From the NCBI RefSeq assembly GCF_009914755.1, contig NC_060929.1: 64,000 nucleotides of DNA; one strand, written 5' to 3'. The position numbers were made by a program, and so were the translations under genes. The notes under the pieces were generated by a model. The model ran no database searches and was not told the origin of the DNA. It saw only the letters and a program-made list of their open reading frames with translations. Origin of the DNA: the human T2T-CHM13v2.0 reference genome, Homo sapiens. Positions 45,281 to 59,860 of the stretch are shown here, piece after piece. Within the stretch, counting starts at the first letter, position 1, and every line of letters begins with the position of its first letter.

Positions 45281-46485
45281 GCTAAATTTCATTTTGCTTT
45301 AAAAACTGTAAATTTAATCCTAACATGATCATGGATTCCAGAATTATAAACTCCCTTAGAAAACATCTAGAACAAATTACACATTTGTACACTGAAGAAA
45401 TTAAGGCCAGAAAAGTTACTGGCCACAGCTAATTGTCCAACCAAACAAGCAGGTCTCCTAGTGCCACCACCACTGCCAAATATTGGCTGGAGAAAAGCAA
45501 TTTAAAAATAATTCATACCAGAACTATCCTCTGGTGAATTTACTTGTAAAAAAATTAGGATTTATTACCTAATAAATCAATAAAATTATTCTAAGTCATC
45601 TAAACCACAAAGAAACATAGTTATAAATCTTAATAAACTTGATAAATGATAGCTCTCTCAATGATTTAAAGCCCTTTTAAGAGATTAACTATATACTGTG
45701 GAAGCATCAGCAGAAATTTGCAACATCAACAGCTTTGGCCAGCCTGCCTCCTTGCCTTACTAACTTACAGACTTTGTACCCAAAAACAAAAAGCAAACAA
45801 CAATACAAAAAAACACAGCCAGATATTGTTTATTATATGGGCTGATCCTTCTGAGACTACTATTTCCCAGAAATCCATGATTTATGCAAAACCATAGCAA
45901 TTTGTAGGGTTTTGCTGTGCTCTGTAAACCCATTCAACATATTTCTTGAGCCCATTAGTGGTATATATCACCTAAATGCTGAAAAACTGCTAATGATTAC
46001 ATTTCACAATACTTTCTGAAAGTATGTCAGGAACATAAAGTGTTTGAGGAAAGGAGAATGGGAGATGAAGCTGGAAACCAAACTAAGGAAGGCTTTAAAA
46101 TCCAAACTCAGAAATCTTTCCTTATTCCACATGAATAAAGATTCCATTGTAAGTAAAGGATCAAGTGAGCATTTTTAAGGAGAGAGGTGAGCTTATCTGA
46201 AAGACACTCCTACCTTAAATTAACAATAGTTATTTAGAAAATAAATTCCATTTGCAACAGAAAAAAATCTATAAAATATCTATGACTTAAAAATATATAC
46301 ATATACAAGATTTACAAGAAAAACTACAACCACTTAAAAAAGCACAACCCCACAATAAGTGGGGTGATTATTGCACCAAACCTCACAATAGGTGGGGTGA
46401 AAACTGCACCGAAATAATCACCCCAGAAATACGTGGGGTGATTATTGCACCAAAAAACATGAACTACTTAGATATAAATATAACA

Positions 46486-46770
46486 GGCAGGGCGCAGTGG
46501 CTCACGCCTGTAATCCCAGCACTTTGGGAAGCCCAGGCGGGCAGATCGCGAGGTCAGGAGATCAAGACCATCTTGGCTAACTCAGTAAAACCCCGTCTCT
46601 ACTAAAAATACAAAAAATTAGCCGGGCGTGGTGGCAGGCGCCTGTAGTCCCAGCTACTATGAGGCTAAGGCAGGAGAATGGCATGAACCCAGGAGGCAGT
46701 GAGCTGAGATCGCGCCACTGCACTCCAGCCTAGGCAACAGAGCGAGACTCCGTCTCAAAAAAATAAAAAA
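46486..46770 (+). mobile_element. AluY with short internal deletion
   Basis: Y diagnostics; lies within an L1M fragment. Confidence 0.88.
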
Positions 46771-46999
46771 TAACAAAATATGTTCAGGATCTATATACTC
46801 AGGAAAGCTACAAAAAAAATGCTGAGAGATTAAGCACCTAAATATATGATTTCACTCAAAATCCCAGCAAGAATTTTTATAGGAATAAACAAGTTGATTC
46901 TAAAATGTATATGAAAAAGAAAAAGAACTAGAATAACCCAAACAATCTTGAAAAAGAACAAAGTTGGAGGACTCACATTACCTGATTTCAATGGAGACA

Positions 47000-48150
47000 A
47001 GCTACACATGTAGAATGGAATGGTATATGAATTAAGTCAGAGGACTCTATATGGCATTGTATCCCCCTAGGAAGAATACAGGTACTGGGAACCAGAGGGT
47101 GGAAGCAGGAGTGGCCCTACTTACCATCCCTCCCTGTGCTTCCCATCTCTATAACCCTGGGCTCTGCAATTAGCAGTCTTGTTACTCAAAGGGACATATT
47201 CTTGACAGGGGACATAGTAAGGGTAATTCGGACTCCTTGTGGCCAGGGAGCAGCAGGTGAGAAGAGAAAAGGAATCACTATCTTGGCAGAGGTCATGGAT
47301 CCTGATCAGCAGGCAGGAGACTTGCATTTACACAATCGGGGCAGGGAGAAACACCTGTGGCACTTCCTGGAGATCTACATGGCACTTCCTGATACTTCCT
47401 TGTCCCACTGTAACTGTGAATGGGTTTGTACAGAAACATTAGCTCAAAAAGTGCATGATTACCATGGGTCCAGATCTTTAGGAATGAAGTTTTGGGTCAC
47501 ACTACCAGGTAAGGCACCCAAGGCCTGCCAAGGTGATGGCTGACAGTAAGGGGATTGAGGATGAAGAGTCAAGGAGGGAGAGAATGAGTACCAGCTGCAG
47601 CAATGAGACTAACTGCAACAATAGGGGCTATAGTCTTCCTAGTAATTTCCATCTTCTAGGTTTCCACTCAAGAAGAAAGCACCAACGTGTGGGCAAGCGG
47701 ATCTGTGAAGCACAAGAAATGGACTGTGCTGGCCACAGGGGTGCACAGCTCACATTTCCCTCCAAGAAGCCAACAGCTCCCAGCTGCTCTACCTTTCACA
47801 CTTCCCCAGGCTGCTTCCAGCCCACCAAGGAGCACAGCAAGGTAATGAGCCAAGATAATCCTTCCAGAAGACCTAAGACTCCTCTAACAGCATCCTTTGC
47901 TTGGGAACTCCCCATCAGCCCGGGGAAATTTTCAGAACTCTGGCATGTGGTCTTAGGCTCTTGCTACCCAATTCTTTCCCCTCTGCTTTCCCTGAGGTCA
48001 GGCCTTCATCACAGCCTATAGGCTCACTCCATTGCCTCCTGTTCCCTTCCCCATTTATCCTTTCCTGGTGCCCCACCCCAACCCCTGGCATTAAATCTCT
48101 TGCACATCTAGTTCCCTCTTGGCATCTGCTTCTCTTCTCAGAGGACCTGA
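47000..48150 (+). mobile_element. ERVL-class internal fragment plus LTR16-like LTR
   Basis: ggaagcaggagtggccctacttaccatc and gatcctgatcagcag resemble ERVL internal sequence; LTR-like end attaaatctcttgcac...ggcatctgcttctc. Confidence 0.5.
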
Positions 48151-48299
48151 ATTAATGGAGTCTCCTATTAGTTTGTACTTATTTATGTGTAATGAATTCA
48201 GATCAGTGCAAACAATGTAAGTACCTGCCACATATCAGACACCAATAGGTAACAAAGATACAAGAATAAACCACAGTCTTTGCCCTCAAGAAACTTAGA

Positions 48300-48510
48300 G
48301 TCTAACAACTATGCCCTGTGAGCCAAATCCCACCACTTGCTTTATTAGATGTAAAGTCTTACTGGTGGAACACAGCCATGTCCATTCATTGACACACCGT
48401 GTATGGCTGCTTTCTCCCTACAACTGCAGTTAAGCAATTCTGACAGAGGTTATATGACCTGCAAATATTCACTATCTGGCCCTTTTCAGATCAAGTTTGT
48501 TGACCTGGGT
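48300..48510. mobile_element. MER58-like hAT MITE
   Basis: ggaacacagccatgtccattcatt...actatctggcccttttcaga...gtttgttgacc. Confidence 0.7.
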
Positions 48511-48658
48511 CTGGTGGATACAGAGATAAAGGAACACTTATTTGCTTGTTGTATAGCCTTCACCAGGGTAAAAAGTCTGTCTGTCATGTTCCCACTGTAT
48601 CCCCAACAACTGGCTCATTCAATTTGAGCGCAAGTTACAGTAGACTTGGTAAATACCT

Positions 48659-49026
48659 TGTATTAGTCCGTTTTCACACTGGTATAAAGAACTACCTGAG
48701 ACTGGGTAGTTTATAAAGAAAAGAGATTTAATTTACTCACAGTTCCACATGGCTGGGGAGGCCTCGGGAAACTTAAAATCATGGCAGAAGGCAAAGGAGA
48801 AGCAAGCACCTTCTTCACAAGGTGGCAGGAGAGAAAGAAAGAGCGCAAAGGGGAAAGTGCCACACTTTTAAACCATCAGATCTCGTGATAACTCACTATC
48901 ACAAGAACAGAAAGGGGGAAATCCTCCCCCATGATCCAATCACTTCCCACCAGGTCCCTCCCCTGACATGTGGGGATTACAATTCATCATGAGATTTGGG
49001 TGGGGACACAGAGGCAAATCATGTCA
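48659..49026 (-). mobile_element. THE1 (probably THE1D) solo LTR
   Basis: TGTATTAGTCCGTTTTCACACT...ATCATGTCA; TSD TACCT on both sides. Confidence 0.9.
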
Positions 49027-50308
49027 TACCTACATCTATTCTTGGTGACCAGTATATCCTAAAAACAGAAATGTTAGCAGTCTTACTTTGTAGATGAGGT
49101 CACAGAGATTCAGAGAGTGTCAGCATTTTGCTTAAGATCACATGAATGGTAGTAACTGAAAGCTGAGATTAGACCCCAGGCCTGCCTCATTCTAAACCTG
49201 TGTTTGTTATAGTCCTTCCATACTAAGCTCACATTATACTTAACTGCAGTTCACCTGATATGGGGAGGACTGAGCGACCTTAACTGGGGAACAGAGGTAG
49301 GGTGATTATTGTTTAACTCCTTCACAGTAAGAAAGGGAACTCACTGACTAACCTTTGAACTTCTTTGTCAATAAATACTGGGCATTATGCTGGGTGTTGA
49401 GGACACAGAGATAAAAGGCAAATTCTTTCACAGCCTTATCTCCCACAACTGCCTGTGTAATAATACCTAACTTGTTTACTGGGTTCCCGCGCCCTTGATC
49501 ACCCTGACCAACCTGTCTCCCTTCCTTCCCTGACACACACCTGTTGATGCATCAAGACTCAAGTGTCACCCCTACAGCAAACTATTCTCTGACTGATTCA
49601 AGCAGAGTTAATTCCTCAGCCCTCCTATAACAATGAATTCACATACATTGCAGCATGTGAAACAATAAATTCGAATTTATCTGTTTGTCTTTCTAACTAA
49701 ACTATAGATAGGGGCATGCATCAAAAGTGTTTAGCACCATGCCTGGCATACAACAGGAACTCCATGATGCCTGAGAAAGGAGAGGAGGAGGAGCGGGGGG
49801 CACTGGAAGAAGCAGCATATGTGAGGATCTAATTAACAGAGACCCAAAAACACAAAACTGAGCTAAGAAGCCGGAAAAGAAGTGTTAATCAAGTGACTGG
49901 GGAAATGCTGACTGGGCACTAGCTGCATAAAATGCTTAAGCTGACTGTGCTTCCTTATGTTCACAGGAAACATTTGGTGGGCCTCTCCCATTCCTAGTTT
50001 GAGAGCTTGTCAACTCCACAAATTCAGGGAATAGTATACCCCAGCTTTCAACAACTTTTATAAATCTAGTCTTAACAACCAACATCTCAAGGCAAGTTAC
50101 CACTCTTCTCAGCAAGTTATAGTTTAGAACTGATTAATGCCTATATGATATTTATTATTTTGTTTCTAGGTCAATAATATCTGAGAACTACTCTTGTTCA
50201 ATCCCTGTTCTCTCCAAAAGAGTGTTCTCTTCTGTGTAAATTGGGAGCTTTCAGTCAGCCGTGCTCCTTTCATATTTCTGGAGTCCTTTATTCCATTTCC
50301 CATTTAAA

Positions 50309-50438
50309 CTCATTTATGCCTCCTGTTCCATTATTGGAACGCTAAGCATGTGGGAGTCATCTCTATCCTACTGCTCAAGGTCACCACCAAGGTCTGATTG
50401 CAAAAATTCAAAAAATTGCAAACTCAGGAATAAAGAGG
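50309..50438 (+). mobile_element. MER85 (piggyBac PGBD3-derived MITE)
   Basis: CTCATTTATGCCT..TGTTCCATTATTGGAACGCTAAGCATGTGGGAG...CAGGAATAAAGAGG followed by TTAA; TTAAA on the left. Confidence 0.92.
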
Positions 50439-52276
50439 TTAAGGACACTAGTGGATAATAACTAGGCATCATGAATTCTCAGCAAAGAAACCTGGGTAAG
50501 GATATTAAAAAAAAAAAAATTTCAAGGCCAGTTGGTAAGACCAAGTGTTTAAAACAAATAAATATAAAGGAAAAGGATAAAGAAATCAGCAGGAACTATG
50601 ACCCCAAATGAAGGATCAGGATAGAAGAATAAGCCAAGGATTTGAAATTATCATGAGTTAATCACCAAAAAGCCTAAAAAAGGACATTATAAAACAAAAG
50701 TCTATCAATAACCAGGAATTACCTTTTATGACTCAGGGCAATATATTTCAACATTCTATTTAACACACCTACATGTACTAGTTCTTTTGCAAAGATGGCA
50801 GTGATAACATAACCCCAGAATCAGTTTGACTTATCAGCTTAATACATAACTTTGAACCTTGGGTCCACATATAACTGGCCTACTACTTATACTTGGTAGA
50901 CTCTGCTCCTGTGCTTCAGTGCCTACAAAGGATCCTGAACTCAAATCCATCCCCCATATGTGTGATTGCTACAGATCAATATGATCTGTTGCTTTGCTTT
51001 CACATACACCTAATAATCTGTTGCAGTCACAAACACATAATAGTCATTGTGCTATTTCCTAGGCCCAAAAAGCTGCCCCAGTCTTGCTCACTCTACAGCC
51101 ATTGCTTGTTATATCCATCTGGGTTCTTAGTTGCAACTGTAAGGAACAGAAACAAATTCTGGCTGATTTAACCATAAAGGAATTTGGAGATACCAAATAG
51201 AACACAAAATCAATTGGACAGCTGGAGAAACAAGATGGGGGTGGCGGATAAGACAAAGGAGGAAAAGGAGGCCACCCAGCACACACAGAAGGAAGCACAA
51301 GTGAGTTCATGCTCCAGGAACAATCTGGTCCTAAAGCCACTGCCAGTAGCTCTGGATGCCTCTGTGTACTTCTGTCCTTGCTCCTGCAGTCCACCACGTC
51401 TGTCACAGGAGGATTCTAAGCTGTCCCTTCCCCTTTGCATGCCTCATTCAAGATTCAAAGTCCTAAGGAGGAACATACAAATGACCAAGGAGAAGACATG
51501 CCTGAGCCCTCACTGCCAGGGGTAGGAAGCAGGAGTGTCTCACCCCTGTCGGTTTCCACTGTAGGGCACAGGGCCCTGCCTCCCACCAACACCCACACAA
51601 ATGAGGATTCCTACAAAATAGAAAAGGAGTTTGGCAAGAAACAGAAATAGAAAAGAAATGCCTGGCAGCAACCAAGTTGTCCCTATGTATATTTTCATCA
51701 TTATCCCACAACAACCTGGGCATTCATTCTTGACCTTTGTGGGAGATGTGGGTACAGACTCTGAGACAGTCACCCAGCTCCAGGGACTCCAAAATCCTTG
51801 AGAGATTACCTAGGAACAAACCCATCACAAAGACTTAGACACCCACTAAACACTGCAGGTATGTTTGAAGAACTGTTCATTGGCTTGAAAACAGTTACAG
51901 TTACATTCCAAGCCTCTGTAAGCAGATGCTAAACATTAACAAAGATTCTAAATGTAACTAGCAATTTCAGATTAATGAACAATATGTTTAAAACTTTGTT
52001 CAAAAATAATCAGACTTCAAACAAAGCTTACGGACTACATACAGAGCAGTTACAGGGTCTAGCCTGAAATTTGCCTATAAAACACAGGCCCTTCCTTCCT
52101 TTTCAGCCCCACGGCTAGCATTCTCATCTAGGCAATATCGCTTTCACCAGTTACCTTAAACGCCTCACCAGCTTCTCTGCCTTACAATCTATTCTGTCCC
52201 TATTATTCAATTAACTCTGTTCTAGAACAAAGACTCCATCACTGCTCAAAACACTAACAGTAGCTGCCTTCTCTGT

Positions 52277-52612
<336 letters not shown>

Positions 52613-52856
52613 TTTTTTCTTTTTTTTTTCTTCTTTAAGAGACAGGGTCTCACTATGTTCCCCAGGCTGGCCTTAAAAATCCTGTAGCACACCAACACGG
52701 CACATGTATACATATGTAACAAACCTGCACGTTGTACACATGTACTCTAGAACTTAAAGTATAATAATGAAAAAAAAAAATCCTGAGCTTAAGGAATCCT
52801 CTGGCTTCAGCCTCCTAAGTAGCTAAGACTACAGGCGCATGGCACTATGCCTCGCT
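52613..52856 (-). mobile_element. FLAM monomer interrupted by a ~95-bp L1PA 3' tip (52685-52779, + strand)
   Basis: L1 terminus gcacatgtatacatatgtaacaaacctgcacg...aacttaaagtataat+A tail, flanked by TSD AAAAATCCTG. Confidence 0.88.
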
Positions 52857-53680
52857 TTAATAACTTCTCCTTTTGAAATAAAACCCTACTCCATAGTCAG
52901 AAATGTAAGAAATTCCACCAAATGTATCCCTCATGATTTCCTGACCTAAGATTTCTGTTCCAGCCGGGTCATCCTCCTCCCTTTTCTCCCAGGAAGCTTA
53001 TTTGTGTGTTTTTGACTGACAGCCTTGATCTTGCCATCTTTCCTTTTCCTTCCCATCCCTTCTTTTTATCCAGATCCTGCACTGTTTAGCCGACCCAGGC
53101 TGAAGTCCTGCTCCTCCTCCGTCTCCTTCCCCTTCTCCTTCTCCTCCCCATCCCCCTCCCGTTCCATAAGGTTCCAAACACTCCAGTCCACACCAACTGG
53201 ATCACAGACACAATTCCTACAATGGCCAGGCAGATAACATAATCATGATACAGTCTGGTATAATATTATAGGGAAATGGTGGGGAATGTGGCCACTGGAG
53301 TGAGTTTGCCCCATCTAAAGACTTTCCGGTTCATAATGTATTAAGACACTGTGCTAGAAGTTAATAATGTTAAGTGTCTATGAGAAAGAGAACTGAGTGG
53401 CTGGGGGAGGGATATGTGAGGAAGGCTTTTCATTGCATATGCCCTTTTGCACTTTGTAAATTTCGAACCACATAAATGTATTATCTTCACAAAATATACA
53501 AAATTTAAAAATAAAAAGGAGATAGAAAAAACTTGATGACTAAACCACAATACTGGTCAAACAAAATAGATATGTCAACCCAATGACTGCCAGTGTAACT
53601 GATTATTTGTTATGGGTTATTTTAGGTAATTAATTAAATACTGTCTTGATTCTGCTAAGTAGCAGAATCTTTTTCATACA

Positions 53681-53681
<1 letters not shown>

Positions 53682-53750
<69 letters not shown>
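53682..53750. repeat. Compound (CA)n(CT)n microsatellite
   Basis: Directly visible. Confidence 0.97.
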
Positions 53751-53754
<4 letters not shown>

Positions 53755-53914
53755 AGAGATTATAAAGTCAGGCAGATAAAGAATCACATTATATTTCCTT
53801 TTTAGATCCTTCACTGCCACGGATTGGAAAACATGTGATAGGTACTCCATACCTGGAAACATAAAAGTTTAGAACTAAAAAGGATCTTAAAGATCTAGTC
53901 CTCCCTGTCATTTT

Positions 53915-54137
53915 TTTCTTTTTTATTTTTTCTTTTTTTTATGAGACAAGGTCTCTCTCTGTCACCCAGGCTGAAGTACAGTGGCATGATCATGGCTCAC
54001 TGCACCCTTGAACTCTGGGACTCAAGCTATCTGCCCCACTCAGCCTCTGGAGTAGCTTGGTCTATGGTACATGCCACCACTTCACCTAACTAAACTTTTA
54101 ACTTTTTGTAAAGACAGGGTATCACTTTGTTGCCCTG
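53915..54137 (-). mobile_element. AluJ fragment
   Basis: Diverged antisense Alu. Confidence 0.8.
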
Positions 54138-54292
54138 TCAGTTTATATTTGAGAAAACCAATGCCCAGTAAGGCTAAGAACTTATCCAACTAATCACAGG
54201 ACAACAACCCATGACGATGAAATGAGTAAAAACAAAAGAAAAATAAAATCACACTAACAAGTTTTGTGCTTTCCTAGAAAAACAAAAGATGT

Positions 54293-54306
54293 CCACTAGA
54301 GGGAGG
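54293..54306 (+). promoter_or_regulatory. Candidate CTCF motif
   Basis: CCACTAGAGGGAGG; motif only. Confidence 0.4.
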
Positions 54307-54509
54307 AAGTAGTCCATTAATTTAAAGGTGAGGTATCTAAAACGGGTCCAAAAGACCTATTGGGTAGTGATGAAAGAATTTTTCCCAGGGCCACAGAAAA
54401 TGACTTAAGGGCCACCTCCCTCAAACAACTTAAATTTGAGTTTCTTTCACTGGAGGTACAAATACAGGTTTTGCAAATCTCTAGCTTAAGAAAGTTATTA
54501 GCATATGGT

Positions 54510-55735
54510 AAAATAAAATTTTTTTTTTTGGTGTATAGCCCTATCAAGTTTAACACATGTATACACTTGTGTATCTACCACCAAAATCAAGAAACAGAAC
54601 TATTCCATTACTCCCGAAAACGCTCCTTCCTGCTCTCCCTTTACAGTCGCACCCTTCTCCCACCCAGCGGTGCTACATTGTATGGATGTACAATAGTTAT
54701 CCATTCACCCATGGAAGAATGTTTAGGTTATTTCCAGTTACTGGCAATCTATAAATATTCACTTAACGAGTTTTTGTGTAAACATTGTTTTTGTCTCTCT
54801 AGGATAAATACCCAGGAGTAGGAATGCTGAATCATATAGTCAATGTACTTATTAACTTTAAAAGAAACTAACTTTTCCAAAGTGACTAACAATCTAGGTG
54901 TCCAACAGCAATGTATAAGATTTCCAGTGACTGCATCCTCACTAGCACTAGATATCATTAGTATTTTTATTTTAAACATACTAATAGATACATAGTTGTA
55001 TCTCCCTAGGGCTTTAATTTGCATCACCCTAATGTATACTACATCAAACATCTTTTCAAATGCCCATCTGCTAACTGCATACTTTTGGTGATATGTCTTT
55101 TCAAGTCTTTTGCTCATTTTTCAATTGGATTGCTTGTTTACTTACTGTTGAGTTGATGAGCTCTTTACATATTCTTGATAGCACTCCACTGTCACATATG
55201 TGGTTTGCAAATATTTTCCCCATCTGTAGCTTGTCCTCTCATCCTCTCATCCAATGTCTTTCACAGAGCAAAAATTGTTCATTTTGATGAAATCCAGTTT
55301 ATCATATTTTTCCTTTATGTTTGGTGCTTTTAGTGTCATGTCTAAAAACTCTTTGCCTAATACCAAAACAAAGATTTTTCTCCTGTTTTTCTAAAAGTTC
55401 TGTAGTTTTATATTTAAATCTATGATCCACTTTGAACTAATATTTGTATGAAGTATAAGGTTTATGTTGAGGTTCTTTTTTTATTTTGGCACATGCATGG
55501 ATGGATGCCCAATTATTCCAACATAATTTGCTGAAAATACTCATCTTTTCCCATTAAATAGAATTTACATCTTTGTAAAAAAATCTATTGGCATATTTAT
55601 ATGTATCTGTTTCTGGACTCTCTACTCTGTACCACTGATCTATATGTCTTTCACTTCACCAACACCATAGTATTAACTTCTATGGCTTTCTATACTAAGC
55701 CATAAAACTGGGTAGTATGATTCCTCTGCTTTTTA
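54510..55735 (-). mobile_element. Old L1M 3' fragment
   Basis: Antisense ORF2 C-terminal and 3' UTR motifs. Confidence 0.72.
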
Positions 55736-58495
55736 CATTAAGAACTGTGAAAGTAACATTATTCAATAAATCTGGCGATAGCTACATAACAAACTTTAGT
55801 TTCAAATTAAAATCAGTATTTTGAAAATAGGCCAGAAAAGCAAGAAAGTATGAGAGAAAAGGAATAGAAAGAAAGAGGAAGAAAAAGAGAAGTTGAAACA
55901 TGAGAATGACACACACAGAGGTAGAAACAAAAAAGAAAAAAGAGAAGGAAAGAAAAAAAGGAATGAGACAGGCAGGAAATAAAAAGAAAATGGTCCCTAC
56001 ATGTTAGATCTCAATCCCCACCATCTGAGCTGTGAATTTCTACCTGTAAGCCATGAAAACCTTCCCAGTTCAACCACCCACCAGAGCTAGCACCAGTGAT
56101 GAGAGCAAGTCAGGAGCCATGTATAGGCTCCATGCCAGAGAAACCTTTCCTGCTAAAGGGCTACAACAGGACAAACACTTTTCTCATTAAATAATCCAAA
56201 ACAATTATCATAATATACATTTTTATTTGTATAGAACCCACTAAGTTAGGTTTAAATAATATTACGTAATTGTTCACATACACAGATGGGCAGAAGCAGT
56301 AAGTACAGAATTTCTTTAATTAGAACATTCTTGGTGTTTTGTTTAGACATTTTAAAGGGGAAAGTGTCTGAGGATTAAATATGTACCCTGTCTACCTCAT
56401 AGAATTGTCGTAAAGATCAGAGGAGATCATAAAGATTAAATGACATCACAGAAGTAGAAATGTTTCATAAACCAAAATTTCTTATAAACATATAAAGTAG
56501 TATAATTCAATCTCCTCATCCATTAGAAGTTTAGGGTCATGAAGCTTTAAGACACAGACAACAGCACCTGGTTCAACCATGAGCACCATTTAGTGAAATC
56601 TAAAATTGTTTTCACCAGCAGCAAACCCAGAACTCTTTCTAGTAATTGCTGTTGGTTAACAGGAAAGAAGTATAGTGCTGAGTACATCTCTGTAACATCT
56701 CATTATTATTATAGGCATTCAGATATTATGAACTTGCTTTCCTTTCTTATACACTAAAATTCACTCCTCCCTTCAATTTTTCTATACTGAACATCTTGAG
56801 TCTTTAAAAAAAAATTACAAATTTAAATGCATTCACAGAACAAATATGACATGCATTTCTTAAATCTAGAAATCATTTTTGACATATTCCAAAATAAGGG
56901 CTTTACTAATCATCTTTGTTATAAAATTCTCTAACATATATATGCAAATTCCCTCTCTTCAAAATATACAAAAAGAACCCTTATATTTTAGGTAGCTTTC
57001 TCTAACAAATAGATAAAGGAAACCACCTCTCTTTTGCTATATTTATATAAGTATTTAGGTTATGTTTCCCTTGCCTTCTTTATTTGAGAAGAACTTCTTG
57101 AAGAAGACAGTTCATCATTTAATACGTATTACATGGTACTTAATGCATTGCAAGAACTTTGTGAATATAAACGTGTTGATTACACCAAATGTTTCTTGCT
57201 TATTCTGTGTGTTTACTCTTTCATTCACTAATATATTTGATAAACTAAGTCAACCTCATGTTGTGAAAATAGAGGCAGCCTGGCATAGGCTTCAGAGATG
57301 AAGACCTCATTTCAAATCCTGACTCTTCTACCACTACCTGGATTACTTTGGACCAGTTAGTTATTTTGGCTTTATTAATTTCCCAATCTTTACAACTAGG
57401 ATACTACCATTTCCACCTACAGGTGTTGAGTTAAATAATGAATTATGTGATGAGGATGGAACAACATAGAAGCTCTAGAACATTAGTTCCTTCCTTTCCA
57501 GCAAGAACCCTTCAATGTCCATTCCATTATTCTCAGAACTACTTACAAAATGTTTCCCTTCAGACCAGCCCACCCAGGCCCCCCACCACCAATGCCAGCA
57601 CCTGCATATACCACCCAGAGACCTGAGGACCATCACACCTTGCCCACTACCACCACCCAAGGGCACACATACACCACCCAGAGCGGCAGGACCAGCCTGC
57701 CTGGCATCTACATCATCAGAAAAGCCTTGCCACAGCCTCTGCCAACAACCTAAGCCATTGAGGAACTCACAGACACCACTGGCATTGATTACAGCCAAAG
57801 AAATAATAGAGACTAAATTACTGTGCATACCCAAAATCAAAGGGAAGGCACTCTAACCAGCCAACACTATAGATAGATCTACAGGAAAAAAGTCTTTACC
57901 TACAAAAGCCAATCCATAAAACTAGAAGAAGCAACTGTTCCACCAGATACACAGATAACAACATTGAGACATAAAAAACATGAAAAGGCAAGGAAACATG
58001 AAACCTCCAAAGAGACGCAATCATTCCCCATTAACATCTCAAAGAAAAGGAAATCAATGAAATGTCTGAAAAAGAATTTCAAATAATGATTTCAAGGAAG
58101 CTCAATAAGATACAAAATAACACAGACAGACAATACAAAGAAATAAGGAAAATAGCTTATGATCTGAATTATAATTTTTTTTTTTAAGAGACAAGGTCTC
58201 ACTATGCTGCCCTAGCTGGACTCAAACTCCCCTACTCAAGCAATACTCTCACCTCCTGGGTAGCTGGGGCTATAGGTACACACCACCACACCCAGCTCTG
58301 AATGAGAAATTTAATAAAAAGATAGTTATAATTAAAAAGAACCAAACAGAAATCCTGAAAATTAAGGATTCAGTAAATGAAATAAAAAAGCATACAACCA
58401 ACATTTCAATAGGCTAGACCAAGCAGAAGAAAAACTTTCTCGATTTGAAGACAGGTCTTTTGAAATAACCCTGTCTGATAAAAATGAAGAAAAAA

Positions 58496-58930
58496 CCAAC
58501 CCAAATGTCCAACAATTGATAGACTGGATTAAGAAAATGTGGCACATATACACCATGGAATACTATGCAGCCATAAAAAATGATGAGTTCATGTCCTTTG
58601 TAGGGACATGGATGAAGCCGGAAACCACCATTCTCAGCAAACTATCGCAAGGACAAAAAACCAAACACCACATGTTCTCACTCATAGGTGGGAATTGAAC
58701 AATGAGAACGCATGGACACAGGAAGGGGACCATCACACACTGGGGCCTGTTGTGGGGTGCGGGGAGCAGGGAGGGATAGCATTAGGAGATATACCTAATG
58801 TTAAATGACGAGTTAATGGGTGCAGCACACCAACATGACACATGTATACATATGTAACAAACCTGCACGTTGTGCACATGCACCCTAAAACTTAAAGTAT
58901 AATTAAAAAAATAAAAATTAAAAAATAAAG
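58496..58930 (+). mobile_element. Young L1PA 3' end nested in older L1
   Basis: WIKKMWHIYTMEYYAAIKNDEFMSF, G-rich tract, aacttaaagtataat, A tail. Confidence 0.92.
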
Positions 58931-59536
58931 AAAATAAAGAAAGCCTACATGACATATGGGATTACCGTTAAGCAAATAAATATGTGTATCTTGAGCATTT
59001 CAGAAAGTGAAAGATGGCAAAAGGCATAGAAAACCTATTTAATGAATAAATATAAGCAACGAATTGGAAAACCTAAAGGAAATGGATATATTCATAGACA
59101 CATGTAACTTACCATGATTGAACCAGAAATAAATAGAAAATCTGTAATAGATCAATAACAAGTAACAAGATTGAATCACTAATAAAAAGTCTCCTAACAA
59201 AGAAAAGTCCAGGACTGGACAACTTTACTAATGAATTCTACCACACCTTTGAAGAGGAATTAATATCAATTCTTATCAAATTATTCCAAAAAAATGGAAG
59301 AGAAGGAAATTCTTTCTAACTCATTCTATAAGGCCAGCATTACCCTGATACCAAAACCAGACAAAGATACAACAAAAAAAGAAAAAAAGTGGCCAATGTC
59401 CCTGATGAACATAGATACAAAAATCCTCAACAAATTACAAGCAAACCAAATCCAACAACACATCAAAAAGGTAATATACAATAATCACATGGGATATAGC
59501 TCAAGGATGAAAGGAAGGATCAGTATACACAAATCT

Positions 59537-59860
<324 letters not shown>

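Noticed and set aside
46347-46453. CRISPR-like palindromic repeats
   Set aside because: Eukaryotic intron, only three degenerate units, no unique spacers, no cas genes.
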